A DNA stretch of 38,583 nt from an uncultured Rhodobacterales bacterium (GCA_964521375.1 CAZFRK010000001.1:1-38583), one strand, 5' to 3'. Positions 1-8,995 are shown, numbered from the stretch's first letter. The notes: a model not told the origin generated them from the sequence alone. Program-made: numbers and translations.

Positions 1-1026
1 GGAGAACTTGATGCCGCCGTCGGCGATCATCGGAACGCCGGACGCCTTGGTGACGGCGCGCACGTCCATGATGGCCGACAGCTGCGGCACGCCGACACCG
101 GCGACGATGCGGGTGGTGCAGATGGACCCCGGGCCGATACCCACCTTCACGGCGTCGGCCCCGGCGTCGATCAGGGCGCGGGCGGCGTCGGCGGTGGCGA
201 TGTTGCCGGCGATGACCTGGGCTTCGTTGGACATCCGCTTGATTTCGGCCACGGCGTCGATGACGCCCTTGGAATGGCCGTGCGCCGTATCGACGACGAT
301 CACGTCGACACCGGCGGCGAGCAGGGCCTCGGCGCGCTTCATGCCGTCGACGCCGGGACCGGAGGCGGCGGCGACGCGCAGGCGACCCTGCTGGTCCTTG
401 CAGGCGTTGGGATAGTTCTGCGCCTTTTCGATGTCCTTCACCGTGATCAGGCCGATACAGCGGTAGTCGTCGTCGACCACCAGCAGCTTCTCGATGCGGT
501 GCTTATGCAGGAGCATGCGGGCTTCCTGCTGGCTGACGCCTTCGCGCACGGTGACCAGGTCGCCGGTGGTCATGAAGGTCGAGACCGGCTTGGCCATGTC
601 GTTGGCGAAGCGCACGTCGCGGTTGGTCAGGATGCCGACCAGCTTCTGGCTGCCGCGGTCGACCACCGGAATGCCCGAGATCTTATGGTCGGCCATCATG
701 CTCAGCGCGTCGGCCAGCGGCTGCTCGGGATGGATGGTCAGCGGGTTGACCACCATGCCCGACTCATAGCGTTTCACGCGGCGGACTTCCTCGGCCTGCT
801 CCTCGATGGAGAGGTTCTTGTGGATGACGCCGATGCCGCCGTTCTGGGCCATGGCGATGGCCATGCCGCTTTCCGTCACCGTGTCCATGGCCGACGACAC
901 CAGCGGAATCCCCAGCTCGATGGTCTTGGTCAGGCGGGTCGTTGTCTGGGCCTGCGCGGGCAGGACTTCGGACGCCGCCGGAACCAGCAGGACGTCGTCG
1001 AACGTAAGAGCTTCAGGGATAACCAT
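1..1026 (-). CDS. guaB: IMP dehydrogenase, N-terminal ~342 codons (3' end runs off the window)
   Basis: Absent from the ORF track because no stop lies inside the window. Hand translation of the reverse strand from ATG 1026..1024 gives [23 protein letters not shown]...[14 protein letters not shown]...IGVIHKN, a CBS pair region, VVDTAHGHS and [24 protein letters not shown]...[11 protein letters not shown]. These are canonical IMPDH blocks including the catalytic Cys loop. Confidence 0.95.
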   Translation of the reverse strand, partial: MVIPEALTFDDVLLVPAASEVLPAQAQTTTRLTKTIELGIPLVSSAMDTVTESGMAIAMAQNGGIGVIHKNLSIEEQAEEVRRVKRYESGMVVNPLTIHPEQPLADALSMMADHKISGIPVVDRGSQKLVGILTNRDVRFANDMAKPVSTFMTTGDLVTVREGVSQQEARMLLHKHRIEKLLVVDDDYRCIGLITVKDIEKAQNYPNACKDQQGRLRVAAASGPGVDGMKRAEALLAAGVDVIVVDTAHGHSKGVIDAVAEIKRMSNEAQVIAGNIATADAARALIDAGADAVKVGIGPGSICTTRIVAGVGVPQLSAIMDVRAVTKASGVPMIADGGIKFS

Positions 1027-1230
1027 GGGGTCCGCACCTCCAGAAGGGCATTTTCGCACGGCGCGGCACAGGCCCGCCGAGGCTGTCGGAAAGGTGCGCG
1101 CCATCATACACAGAAAAGGGTCCATGCCAAGCAACAGGAAAGTGGCCCGGACCTCCCCCGCCGCATGGCAGTCATGCACACCCTCCGACGCCGTCGCCCG
1201 GATGGCTTTCGCCCCGCCGCCCCCGGCCCG

Positions 1231-1306
1231 CTCCCCCGGTTTTTCCCCGTTCCCCTGGTTTTTGCCCGTTCCCCTGGTTTTTGCCCCTTCCCCTGGTTTT
1301 TGAAGG
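1231..1306. repeat. Four head-to-tail 19-bp tandem repeats in the guaB-arfB divergent intergenic region
   Basis: Units read directly: CTCCCCCGGTTTTTCCCCG / TTCCCCTGGTTTTTGCCCG / TTCCCCTGGTTTTTGCCCC / TTCCCCTGGTTTTTGAAGG. The array ends 11 nt before the arfB ATG. Confidence 0.85.
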
Positions 1307-1317
1307 CGCGCCGCGGT

Positions 1318-1740
<423 letters not shown>

Positions 1741-1786
1741 GTCGACGCCCCCCGGACGAGACGACGGCGAGGCGGCGGCGGCGGTT

Positions 1787-3019
1787 TCAGGACGCTTGGC
1801 AGGCCGGTTCACGGGCTTCTCGGCGTTCCTGGCGCCCCATCAGCATCAGCAGCACCACGCCCGCCGCCATCACCCCGGCGGCGACCACCAGACTGCCCCG
1901 GTAGCCGCCGCTCAGGGTGGCCATCATGCCCGCCAGGGCGGGGGCGACGATCTGCGCCACGCCGTAGCTGAGGGTCAGGCGGGCCATGGCCTTGGCCGGG
2001 TTGAGCGGGAAGCAGCGCCCGATCAGCGACAGGGTCAGGCTGACGATGCCGACGAAGGTGACGCCGTAAAGGGCGCCGCTGAGCAGGTTGGCGACCGTGT
2101 CGCCGCTGAGCGCGGGCAGCAGGATCGACAGGATTTGCAGCACATAGGCCAGGATCAGGGCGCGCGTCATGCCAAAGGCGCCGGCCACCCGGTCCCACAG
2201 GAAGCAGGACGGAATGGCGGCCAGGCCGATGACCACCCACACCATGTTGCCCTTGCCCGCCAGCAGCGGCAGGGATTCGACGATGGCGACGATGAAGGTG
2301 GCGCTGATGACATAGCCGAACCCGGCGCAGAAATAGGCCCCCACCAGCAGGCCCATCCAGGCGCGGCCCGGCGGCGCCGGAGCCTTCAGGGCGGCCTGGG
2401 CGTGGGCCTTGCCCGGCGACGGCATCCACAGCCAGGCGGGCACCAAGAGGACGACGCCCAGCGCGCCCAGCGCCAGCCATTGCCCGTCCCACGGCAGGGC
2501 GCCCAGGGTCGCCGCCACGGCGACGCCGGACACCACCACGCCGAGGCCGATCCCGGCGAAGTGCAGCCCCAGCTCGGGCCGTCGTCCGTGACGGATCAGC
2601 CAGTTGAGGATGAGGCCCGAGGCCAGCAGCAGGCCCGCCGTGCTGGACACTCCCCCGGCGAAGCGCAGGATCGCCCACAGCACCACGTTCTGGGTCAGGC
2701 CCATGGCCGCCGTGGTGACGACGGCGATGATCAGCCCCAGCCGATAGAGCTGGTGCTTGCGGTGCAGGTCGCTGATCGACGAGGCGATCAAGGCCCCGGC
2801 CATGTAGCCCGCGTAGTTGATGGTCGCCAACCACCCTCCCGCCAGGGCGCTCAGCCCCGCGTCCTCGCGCATCACCGGCAGCATGGGGGTATAGCCGAAG
2901 CGGGCCAGCCCGACTGTCAGCACCAGGGCGCAGATCCCGGCGGCGATCACCCGCGTCCATTGGCCCTGGGAGGGAGCGGGGGACGCGGCGGCGGACGGAT
3001 CGGCGGGCGGAGCGGTCAT
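1787..3019 (-). CDS. MFS transporter (YbfB/YjiJ-like)
   Basis: Track ORF 1787..3268, trimmed to the internal ATG at 3019 (MTAPPADP...). About 12 hydrophobic segments, 410 aa, Gly/Ala/Leu-rich throughout. Confidence 0.8.
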   Translation of the reverse strand: MTAPPADPSAAASPAPSQGQWTRVIAAGICALVLTVGLARFGYTPMLPVMREDAGLSALAGGWLATINYAGYMAGALIASSISDLHRKHQLYRLGLIIAVVTTAAMGLTQNVVLWAILRFAGGVSSTAGLLLASGLILNWLIRHGRRPELGLHFAGIGLGVVVSGVAVAATLGALPWDGQWLALGALGVVLLVPAWLWMPSPGKAHAQAALKAPAPPGRAWMGLLVGAYFCAGFGYVISATFIVAIVESLPLLAGKGNMVWVVIGLAAIPSCFLWDRVAGAFGMTRALILAYVLQILSILLPALSGDTVANLLSGALYGVTFVGIVSLTLSLIGRCFPLNPAKAMARLTLSYGVAQIVAPALAGMMATLSGGYRGSLVVAAGVMAAGVVLLMLMGRQERREAREPACQAS

Positions 3020-3167
3020 GGAACCTGTCCTGAACGGGGGATCAGTCGACAGCTTATCCTTTGCGGCTCCGGCGCGCTGTCCATAGAATGACGACTTGTA
3101 TCGACGAAATGACAGCCGCGACCGTGACCCCGCGACAGACGGGCGGTCGACGACGGGAGGCGCGACC

Positions 3168-3992
3168 ATGGCCATCGGCGGCGATTGGGTGACCATCGAC
3201 ATACCGGAGTTCGAGACGCTGGCCCGCCCGGTGGTCATCCGATCCCAGACCCTGCCCGCGCGGCACATCTTCCCGCCGCACCGCCACGCCTGGAATCAGG
3301 TGGTCTACGCCACGTCGGGCACCCTGGTGGTGACGGTGGAGGACCGCTGGTACGTCATCACGCCGGAGCAGGCCATCTGGGTACCGACGAGCGTCGACCA
3401 TACGACCGGCGCCCTGGACGGGGCGGCCTTCCGCAACCTCTATGTGGCCGACGGGTCGGATCTCGGCATGCCCGACCGCTGCACCGTCTTCACGGTGACG
3501 CCCTTCCTGCGGGCACTGATCGTCGAACTGACGGCGATGGCGGAGCGGACCGAGGAGCCCGCCTACGCCGACCGCGTCGAGGCCCTGATCCTGGACAACC
3601 TGCGGCGCCTGAAGCCGCTGGCCTTCGATCTGCCGTGGCCGCGCAGCCCCGGCCTGCGGCGCGTCTGCGAGGCCCTCTACGAGGCCCCCGACGATCCGCG
3701 CACGGCGGCGGAGTGGGGTCGGGAGATCGGCGTTTCAGCGCGCACCCTGGCGCGGCGCTTCGAAGACGAAACCGGCCTGAGTCCGCGCCTGTGGCGCCAT
3801 CGCTTGCGCTTGTTCCGGGCCCTGGAATGGCTGGGCGCCGGGCGCGGCGTCACCCAGGTCGCGCTTGACCTGGGCTATGCCTCGCCGTCGGCCTTCACCT
3901 ATATGTTCCGCGCCGAACTGGGCTGCCCGCCGAGCCAATGGCTGCGCCGCTGCGGGGCGGAGCGGCCTTCGGACAATCAGACGTCGTCGTAG
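3168..3992 (+). CDS. AraC-family transcriptional regulator with N-terminal cupin domain
   Basis: ATG 3168 is preceded by GGGAGG at 7 nt. The N-terminal cupin-like block reads HRHAWNQVVYATSGTLVV. The C-terminal double HTH reads AAEWGREIGVSARTLARRFEDETGLSP...VALDLGYASPSAFTYMFR. It is divergent from the MFS gene. Confidence 0.88.
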   Translation: MAIGGDWVTIDIPEFETLARPVVIRSQTLPARHIFPPHRHAWNQVVYATSGTLVVTVEDRWYVITPEQAIWVPTSVDHTTGALDGAAFRNLYVADGSDLGMPDRCTVFTVTPFLRALIVELTAMAERTEEPAYADRVEALILDNLRRLKPLAFDLPWPRSPGLRRVCEALYEAPDDPRTAAEWGREIGVSARTLARRFEDETGLSPRLWRHRLRLFRALEWLGAGRGVTQVALDLGYASPSAFTYMFRAELGCPPSQWLRRCGAERPSDNQTSS

Positions 3993-4762
3993 CGGTCGCG
4001 GTCGGCGGGACGGCCCTTGAAGCCCTGGGCGATGACGTAAAGCTCCGCCGATTCCTTGCGCGACGACGGCGGCTTGGCGTGCTTCACCGTGGCGCAAAGC
4101 TGCTTCATGCGGTTGAGGAGCTGGTCCTCCGTCCCGCCCTGGAACACCTTGCAGACGAAGGCACCGCCGGGGGCCAGGACGTCCTCGGCGAAGTCCCAGG
4201 CCAGTTCCAGAAGCGCCATGATGCGCAGGTGGTCGGTCTGCGGATGGCCGGTGGTCGGCGCCGCCATGTCCGACAGCACCAGATCGGCGGGACCGTCCAA
4301 TGCCTCCTTCAGCAGGCGCGGCGCCGACTCGTCGGTGAAGTCCAGCGTCAGGCAGGTGGCCCCGGCGACCACCTCCCACTCCAGGATGTCGATGCCGACG
4401 ACCGTGCCGCCGCCGGGCTGGTCGGCGCGCACCGCGTCGACGGCGATCTGCGTCCAGCCGCCGGGGGCGGCGCCCAGGTCGACGACCTTCATGCCCGGCT
4501 TCAACAGACCGAACCGCTCATCCAGCTCGATCAGCTTGAAGGCGGCGCGGGAGCGGTAGCCGCGCGCCTTGGCCTCGGCCACGTAGGGGTCGTTGAGCTG
4601 GCGTTGCAGCCAGCGCGTGGACGACTTCTTGCGTCCGCGCGCCGTCTTGACCTTGGTATGAAGCATACGGCCGGAGGGGTTGCTCAGGCCGCGGGCGCCG
4701 GTGCGCTTGCGCCCGCCCGACTTGCCCGAACCACCTCCCGAACCCCGGGTAGTGTCTGTCAC
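3977..4762 (-). CDS. rlmE: 23S rRNA (uridine-2'-O)-methyltransferase RlmE/FtsJ
   Basis: Motifs WLQRQLNDPYV, YRSRAAFKLIELD, VVDLGAAPGGW and DLVLSDMAP. GTG 4762 is preceded by AAGGAAGG and overlaps the ppx TGA by 4 nt (GTGA). An internal ATG (MLHTK) is an alternative start. Confidence 0.9.
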   Translation of the reverse strand: MTDTTRGSGGGSGKSGGRKRTGARGLSNPSGRMLHTKVKTARGRKKSSTRWLQRQLNDPYVAEAKARGYRSRAAFKLIELDERFGLLKPGMKVVDLGAAPGGWTQIAVDAVRADQPGGGTVVGIDILEWEVVAGATCLTLDFTDESAPRLLKEALDGPADLVLSDMAAPTTGHPQTDHLRIMALLELAWDFAEDVLAPGGAFVCKVFQGGTEDQLLNRMKQLCATVKHAKPPSSRKESAELYVIAQGFKGRPADRDRYDDV

Positions 4763-5922
4763 GCGGAAATTCCTTCCTTGCCCCGCCGATGGTCCTCGGT
4801 GGAGGCCATGATCGGCGGACGCGGACCCATGAGGTCGATCAGCATGCCTTCGCGCAGGCCCCGGTCGGCGATGGTCAGGTCGCCCACCGGCCACATGCGG
4901 CAAATGGCTTCCAGAATGGCGCAGCCCGCCAGGACCAGATCCGCCCGCTGCGGACCAATGCAGGGGGAGTCCGCGCGCTGGCGGTGGGTCATGGCGGCGA
5001 GGCCGCGCGACAGTTCATGCACCGTCTCGAAGCCGATCGTCAAGCCATCGACGGAAGAGCGGTCATAGCGCGTCAGTCCCAGGTGCAGGCCGCCGAGCGT
5101 CGTCACCGTGCCCGAGGTGCCCAGCATCTGCGCGCGCCCGCGGGCGATCTCGACGCCGACGCGATGGCGGGCCTCGAAGGGGCGCAGCAGGTGTTCGACA
5201 TGCTCGACCACGGTGCGATAGGTGCGCTCGCTCAGGTCGCCGCCACCGCAGTCCTCGGCCACCGTGACCACGCCCAGCGGCAGGGTGGCGAAGCCCTCGA
5301 CGCAGGGAAAGGGACTGTCGGTCAGCTTGACCCACAGAAGCTCGGTCGAGCCGCCGCCGATGTCGAAGACCAGCGCGTAGGGATGGTCGCGCGTCAGCAG
5401 GCTGGCGCATCCGGCCAGCGCCAGGCGGGCCTCCTCGTCGGCGGTGATGCACTCCAGGGCGACGCCGGTCTCGTCGCGCACGCGGTCGACGAATTCCGGC
5501 CCGTTGACGGCGCGACGGCAGGCCTCGGTGGCGACATTGCGCGACAGGGTCACGCCGCGCCGGTCCATCTTGTCGGCGCACCGCTTCAGGGCCTCGATGG
5601 TGCGGTCCTGGGCCGCCCGCGACAGGCAGCCGGTGGAGGTCAGGCCCTCGCCCAGGCGGGTGACGCGGGAAAAGCTGTCGATGACCCGGAACCCTTCGGT
5701 CTCAGGGCGGGCGATCAGCATGCGGCAGTTGTTGGTGCCCAGGTCGATGGCCGCGTAGACCGGGTCCTGGCGCGTCGGGCGATGGCCGACCGGGGCGCTT
5801 GGCCGCAGGGTTTCGGGGGCGACCGGGCCGGGCGGGTCGGCGAGCAGGGCGGTCAAGGCATACGGGGCGGCGACCGTCTCGCGGACCGTCGTCCGTTTGC
5901 TGCGACCCCGTCTCCGCGCCAT
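4759..5922 (-). CDS. ppx: Ppx/GppA-family exopolyphosphatase / pppGpp phosphohydrolase
   Basis: ASKHA phosphate loops AAIDLGTNNCRMLIA and VFDIGGGSTEL, 387 aa. Translationally coupled to rlmE. Confidence 0.88.
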   Translation of the reverse strand: MARRRGRSKRTTVRETVAAPYALTALLADPPGPVAPETLRPSAPVGHRPTRQDPVYAAIDLGTNNCRMLIARPETEGFRVIDSFSRVTRLGEGLTSTGCLSRAAQDRTIEALKRCADKMDRRGVTLSRNVATEACRRAVNGPEFVDRVRDETGVALECITADEEARLALAGCASLLTRDHPYALVFDIGGGSTELLWVKLTDSPFPCVEGFATLPLGVVTVAEDCGGGDLSERTYRTVVEHVEHLLRPFEARHRVGVEIARGRAQMLGTSGTVTTLGGLHLGLTRYDRSSVDGLTIGFETVHELSRGLAAMTHRQRADSPCIGPQRADLVLAGCAILEAICRMWPVGDLTIADRGLREGMLIDLMGPRPPIMASTEDHRRGKEGISA

Positions 5923-6147
5923 GACCTTGCCGGCCTCCGAACCGTTGCGTCCCCGGCCTCGTCGTCCCGCCGCGCGCGGGCAACCGCCGGGCGCCGGGCA
6001 AGATCAGCCAGTGTGAATATATGGTACAGGCTTCGCCCCCCGACCGCCAAGAGGGCGCCCGGCGATTTTTCGCCACCGCCATGCCCGCCGCACCACGGGG
6101 GCGGCCCGGCGCCGCGCGGCGGCCCCAAGAAAAAGAAACCAAAGGGG

Positions 6148-6175
6148 TTGCATGCCCTGGGGCGAAGTGCTAAAT
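6148..6175 (+). promoter_or_regulatory. Candidate sigma-70-type promoter for tRNA-Gln
   Basis: TTGCAT (6148..6153), then a 16-nt spacer, then CTAAAT (6170..6175), about 75 nt upstream of the tRNA. This is a pattern match only. Confidence 0.3.
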
Positions 6176-6250
6176 GAGGCGCCCTCGACGGAGACGGCCC
6201 GCGACGGCCCCGCCTCCTCCCGCCCCCGACGCGGGTCGAGATATCCCTGG

Positions 6251-6324
6251 TGGGGGATAGTTTAATGGTAGAACAGCGGACTCTGACTCCGTTAGTCGAG
6301 GTTCGAATCCTCGTCCCCCAGCCA
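6251..6324 (+). tRNA. tRNA-Gln (anticodon CTG), CCA encoded
   Basis: Hand-folded cloverleaf. The acceptor stem is TGGGGGA/TCCCCCA. The anticodon stem is GCGGA/TCCGT with loop CTCTGAC (C-U-CUG-A-C). The T arm is CGAGG-TTCGAAT-CCTCG, with discriminator G plus CCA. It closely resembles E. coli tRNA-Gln at both ends. Confidence 0.93.
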
Positions 6325-6357
6325 ACCAACGATCATCGTTGACGACGACGCCCGCGA

Positions 6358-6375
6358 GGCCCCCGACAGGGGGCC
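6358..6375 (+). terminator. GC-rich hairpin downstream of tRNA-Gln
   Basis: GGCCCCC-GACA-GGGGGCC, a 7-bp stem with no clear T-tract. It is preceded by the palindrome CAACGAT-C-ATCGTTG. Confidence 0.4.
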
Positions 6376-6381
6376 GCGCGC

Positions 6382-6386
6382 GTTCG
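6382..6386. repeat. Target-site duplication, left copy (GTTCG)
   Basis: GTTCG lies immediately before the terminal TGT at 6387. An identical pentamer follows the terminal ACA at 25678. Confidence 0.85.
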
Positions 6387-6481
6387 TGTCAGATTCAGTT
6401 ATAGATGGCCGCTACCAGTTCAAGTTGGCCAAAAACAAGCTTTAGATGGCCGGTCGAGAGGCTAAGGCGTTGAAAATGGCC
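6387..6481. repeat. Transposon end proximal to tRNA (R-like, compact): four putative TnsB-binding repeats
   Basis: The terminal site reads TGTCAGATT-CAGTT-ATAGA-TGGCC, the next CAGTT-CAAGT-TGGCC. Two degenerate sites follow: AAGCT-TTAGA-TGGCC and GCGTT-GAAAA-TGGCC. The TGGCC cores start at 6406, 6426, 6447 and 6477. Confidence 0.8.
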
Positions 6482-6544
6482 GGGAGTGGCGCGTGTCACT
6501 TTCCGGCCTTTTTATTTGACCTGGGATGCGGCAGGCACGCCCAA

Positions 6545-6560
6545 CAAGCCGCGCGGCTTG
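6545..6560 (-). terminator. Perfect 16-bp palindrome downstream of the TIR gene
   Basis: CAAGCCGCGCGGCTTG lies 68 nt after the TIR stop codon. There is no T-tract, so its function as a terminator is uncertain. Confidence 0.3.
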
Positions 6561-6627
6561 TGGGCTGTCCGGACGCCGACGGACCAGCCGCTTTGCGACG
6601 CGCGGTCGCCTCCCCCTAGAAGCAGAG

Positions 6628-7332
6628 CTAAGGAGCCACCAGCTCGGCGAGCTTGGCCGCAACCTCTTCCATCGGATTTTCTGTCGTATCCAAGCCGGTA
6701 CGCGAACCGAGCAGCGGACTGACGTCGCGGAGAGCTTCGTAGGTCGTCTCGTGCACAATGGGGACTAGCAGGTCACGCGCCAGCAGTGCCGATAGCTCTT
6801 TGTCGGCAATGCCTTCTCCTTGGAGCCGGCGCAGAAGCGCGGGGGTCACCAGCACGATGCCCACGCGAGACCTCGCCAATCCTCGGTCGATCTCGCGGAG
6901 CAACGGCGCGCCAAGGGCCACGTCCTTCTCGCTAAACCAGACCGAAACATTGAGCCACTCGAGTAGGTCGTGCAGTTCCTTGGCGACACCTTTTCGGTCG
7001 TCCCACGCATGGCAGAGAAATACGTCCCGACGGTCAGGCAGCGGCGCTCGCTTCTCGACGCTGTCTCGGACGGGCGTGAGCGCCCGGACCTCGGCTGGCG
7101 TGTATGCCACAGTTGAACCCGCAGGCGACCATCTCGGCCTTACGCTACCGCCGGACCCACCGACGCTGCTCCGACCACCCCCGCCGGTCCGCGGCAGCGA
7201 ATAGGACGGAGAGGAATAAGACCCGTAGCCGCCGTAACTGCGGTAGCCGCTATAGCCGCCTCCGCATGCGGGGCAGGCCGCGCGACCGCTCGCGGTGCGA
7301 TGGCCACGTCTTGGTGCTGTGCATCTTGCCAT
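6628..7332 (-). CDS. TIR-domain protein with Cys pair and Gly/Ser/Tyr-rich low-complexity N-terminus
   Basis: The C-terminal ~140 aa read DVFLCHAWDDRKGVAKELHDLLEWLNVSVWFSEKDVALGAPLLREIDRGLARSRVGIVLVTPALL. This follows the bacterial TIR layout: the DVF(L/I)SH-type first strand and a candidate catalytic Glu in WFSEKD. The N-terminus is MARCTAP...CPACGGGYSGYRSYGGYGSYSSPSYS...GGGGRSSVGGSGGS. Confidence 0.85.
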   Translation of the reverse strand: MARCTAPRRGHRTASGRAACPACGGGYSGYRSYGGYGSYSSPSYSLPRTGGGGRSSVGGSGGSVRPRWSPAGSTVAYTPAEVRALTPVRDSVEKRAPLPDRRDVFLCHAWDDRKGVAKELHDLLEWLNVSVWFSEKDVALGAPLLREIDRGLARSRVGIVLVTPALLRRLQGEGIADKELSALLARDLLVPIVHETTYEALRDVSPLLGSRTGLDTTENPMEEVAAKLAELVAP

Positions 7333-7550
7333 GAAACGGATGATACCGGGCGCTATTGGTCATCTCAAGTGGTAGCAGTAATTCTCCGCCCCGACCAACT
7401 GCTTCATGGGAACGGCAGCTGACTTGAGCAGGGGCGCGTGATGCTTCGGGACGGGTCGACGAGCTACGATGGATCGCCGTTGCTAACCCTGAACTGCAGA
7501 ATCTGGCCGCCGCTGAGCGTGCTGCACAGGCCGAGAGTCTACGCGGTGAC

Positions 7551-7823
7551 TTGATGGCGCTCTACCGGCAGCAGATAAAGATCGAAGCCGATTGCTCGAC
7601 TGCGGAGGAGCGTGCGAGACGGATTCGAGGGCAGGCGCGTACCGGACGACCCGCAGACATTGCTGCCGTCTGGGATGCCGAGGAGGAGATCTTGGCACTG
7701 CGGCGCCGACAGGCCGAACTGAACGAGCAAATCCGGGCAACGACGGCGGCCCTTAACTCTCTCGCGGAGGATGATGCCTTTCATGAAAGCAAAGTGGAGG
7801 CCGGCTGCGAAACGGCACCTTGA
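7551..7823 (+). CDS. Small coiled-coil protein (hypothetical)
   Basis: Heptad-like, charged sequence. The frame stays open upstream to 7428, so the start is uncertain (TTG 7551 / ATG 7554). Its TGA overlaps the TTG of the next ORF (TTGA), suggesting coupling. Confidence 0.4.
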   Translation: MMALYRQQIKIEADCSTAEERARRIRGQARTGRPADIAAVWDAEEEILALRRRQAELNEQIRATTAALNSLAEDDAFHESKVEAGCETAP

Positions 7824-8377
7824 TTGCGGAGAACACCGTGGAACCGGTTCTATTTCTTGATGTGGACGGTGTCCTCCTCCCGGGACGGGTTCATGATTCG
7901 CCATGGAATCGGGCAGCACGTGCGCTGGAGAAACCTGACGCCCCGTGGGTACGCTGGTTGACGCCGCGCGGGAGGTGCTGCGCGACGGAGCTTTGCCCAA
8001 CGGCTGTCGCCTCCTTGAATGAGGTTTTGGCGCAGACCGAGGCTCGCATGGTTCTGATCTCGACGTGGCGGGAGGAGTTCGGCGGATTAAAGACCCGCAA
8101 GATACTGACCGCCCAGGGCCTCTCTGAGCAATGGCATGCAGATTTCTGCGCACCATCGGTTGGCGCGAAAGGGGACGATATTCTGGCTTGGCTCACGACC
8201 CACTCGGAGGTGAACCGGTGGGCCGCAGTCGATGACGACCTCCTTTGGCCGCCATGGGGCGAACAACGAATAGGCCTCGCTCGAAACCACATAAGGCCAG
8301 AGTTCCACGATGGGATGTCTCCGGCCGACTGGCAGATGCTGAAAGATCGGCTGCTGACAGCCTCGGTACCGCTGTAG
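7820..8377 (+). CDS. HAD-superfamily-like small protein
   Basis: An N-terminal DxD nucleophile motif in VLFLDVDGVLLPG is followed by VLISTWR (motif II-like) and AAVDDD (motif IV-like). Start is TTG 7820 or GTG 7838. Confidence 0.6.
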   Translation: MIAENTVEPVLFLDVDGVLLPGRVHDSPWNRAARALEKPDAPWVRWLTPRGRCCATELCPTAVASLNEVLAQTEARMVLISTWREEFGGLKTRKILTAQGLSEQWHADFCAPSVGAKGDDILAWLTTHSEVNRWAAVDDDLLWPPWGEQRIGLARNHIRPEFHDGMSPADWQMLKDRLLTASVPL

Positions 8378-8394
8378 CCCAAAGCGAGGTTACG

Positions 8395-8741
8395 ATGAGC
8401 GAGTTGGAGCACAGGCTGAAGAACGACTGGCGGCGGTCCTGTCGATCAGCCTGAAGGCCAAGATTTATAGGCCGAAACCTGTTCCTGCGGAGGCCGAGGG
8501 CGCGGTCTCGGCGTGGCACTACACGATGACGGCCCCCGACTTCATCCTGACCGGCGCCTCGCTGGCCGAAAACATCGAGGGGAACGGCCGTAGGTTCTGC
8601 GGCGGGGACGGCTGGAAGATTTTGCGGAAGACCCTGGAGCCACACCGCATCGAATTCGCCTTCTCATACCACGGCGCCAGCGCCGAACGGGTCAGGAATG
8701 CCGCCGTGCGACAGGGCCTGCCGACAACGTCCCTGCAATAG
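8395..8741 (+). pseudogene. Possible frameshifted remnant of a HisKA_2/HWE-type histidine kinase
   Basis: MSELEHRLKND is followed, after restoring one missing nucleotide at ~8428, by LAAVLSISLKAK. Together these match the E-L-x-H-R-x-K-N-x-L-A-x-V-x-S H-box. The shifted frame runs straight into track ORF 8526..8741. The downstream sequence lacks clear ATPase boxes. Confidence 0.3.
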
Positions 8742-8995
8742 GTGTTAGACGCCGCTTTTGTCGATCAAGGGGGCCGCGACCTCCGCCAGCCTTGAAGCCC
8801 GGCTTGTCGTTGATCGGCCCGAGCATGACCATCTCATGAGCCTCAATGCGATGCGAGTGCCGCTCGCCGCTCATGAGCCGGTCCACGGCCCGGGGTCTCA
8901 TGGGCTCCTCAAGGCACCACCGGTTTATCCATCTGACGAGCCCCGGCAGCGATGGACCGAATTTCCATTGATCTCGGATAGACAGCCAGCTGTCT

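Noticed and set aside
274-1317. Upstream 348 codons of the long plus-strand ORF 274..1740, plus ORFs 8..415, 494..769 and 806..1303
   Set aside because: They lie antisense to, or out of frame with, an unambiguous guaB reading frame on the minus strand. Their translations are Arg/Gly/Ala/His-rich with no motifs. These are the typical shadow ORFs of high-GC DNA. Only the 3' part from 1318 (ArfB) is real.
1796-3091. 431-aa plus-strand ORF and 383-aa minus-strand ORF 1809..2960 overlapping the MFS gene
   Set aside because: Their composition is Arg/Gly/Asp/Gln/His-rich and low-complexity. The 1787..3019 frame gives a coherent 12-TM transporter.
3938-6177. Long plus-strand ORFs 3938..5068 and 4789..6177 opposite rlmE and ppx
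   Set aside because: These are shadow ORFs. The opposite strand encodes proteins with clear RlmE and Ppx/GppA motifs.
5853-6329. 158-aa minus-strand ORF running across the tRNA-Gln gene
   Set aside because: It overlaps a well-folding tRNA and its promoter region, and its composition is Arg/Gly-rich and non-protein-like.
6628-7332. Thoeris system (TIR = ThsB)
   Set aside because: No ThsA-like SIR2, SLOG or Macro effector gene is adjacent. The nearest neighbours are the transposon end and small unrelated ORFs.
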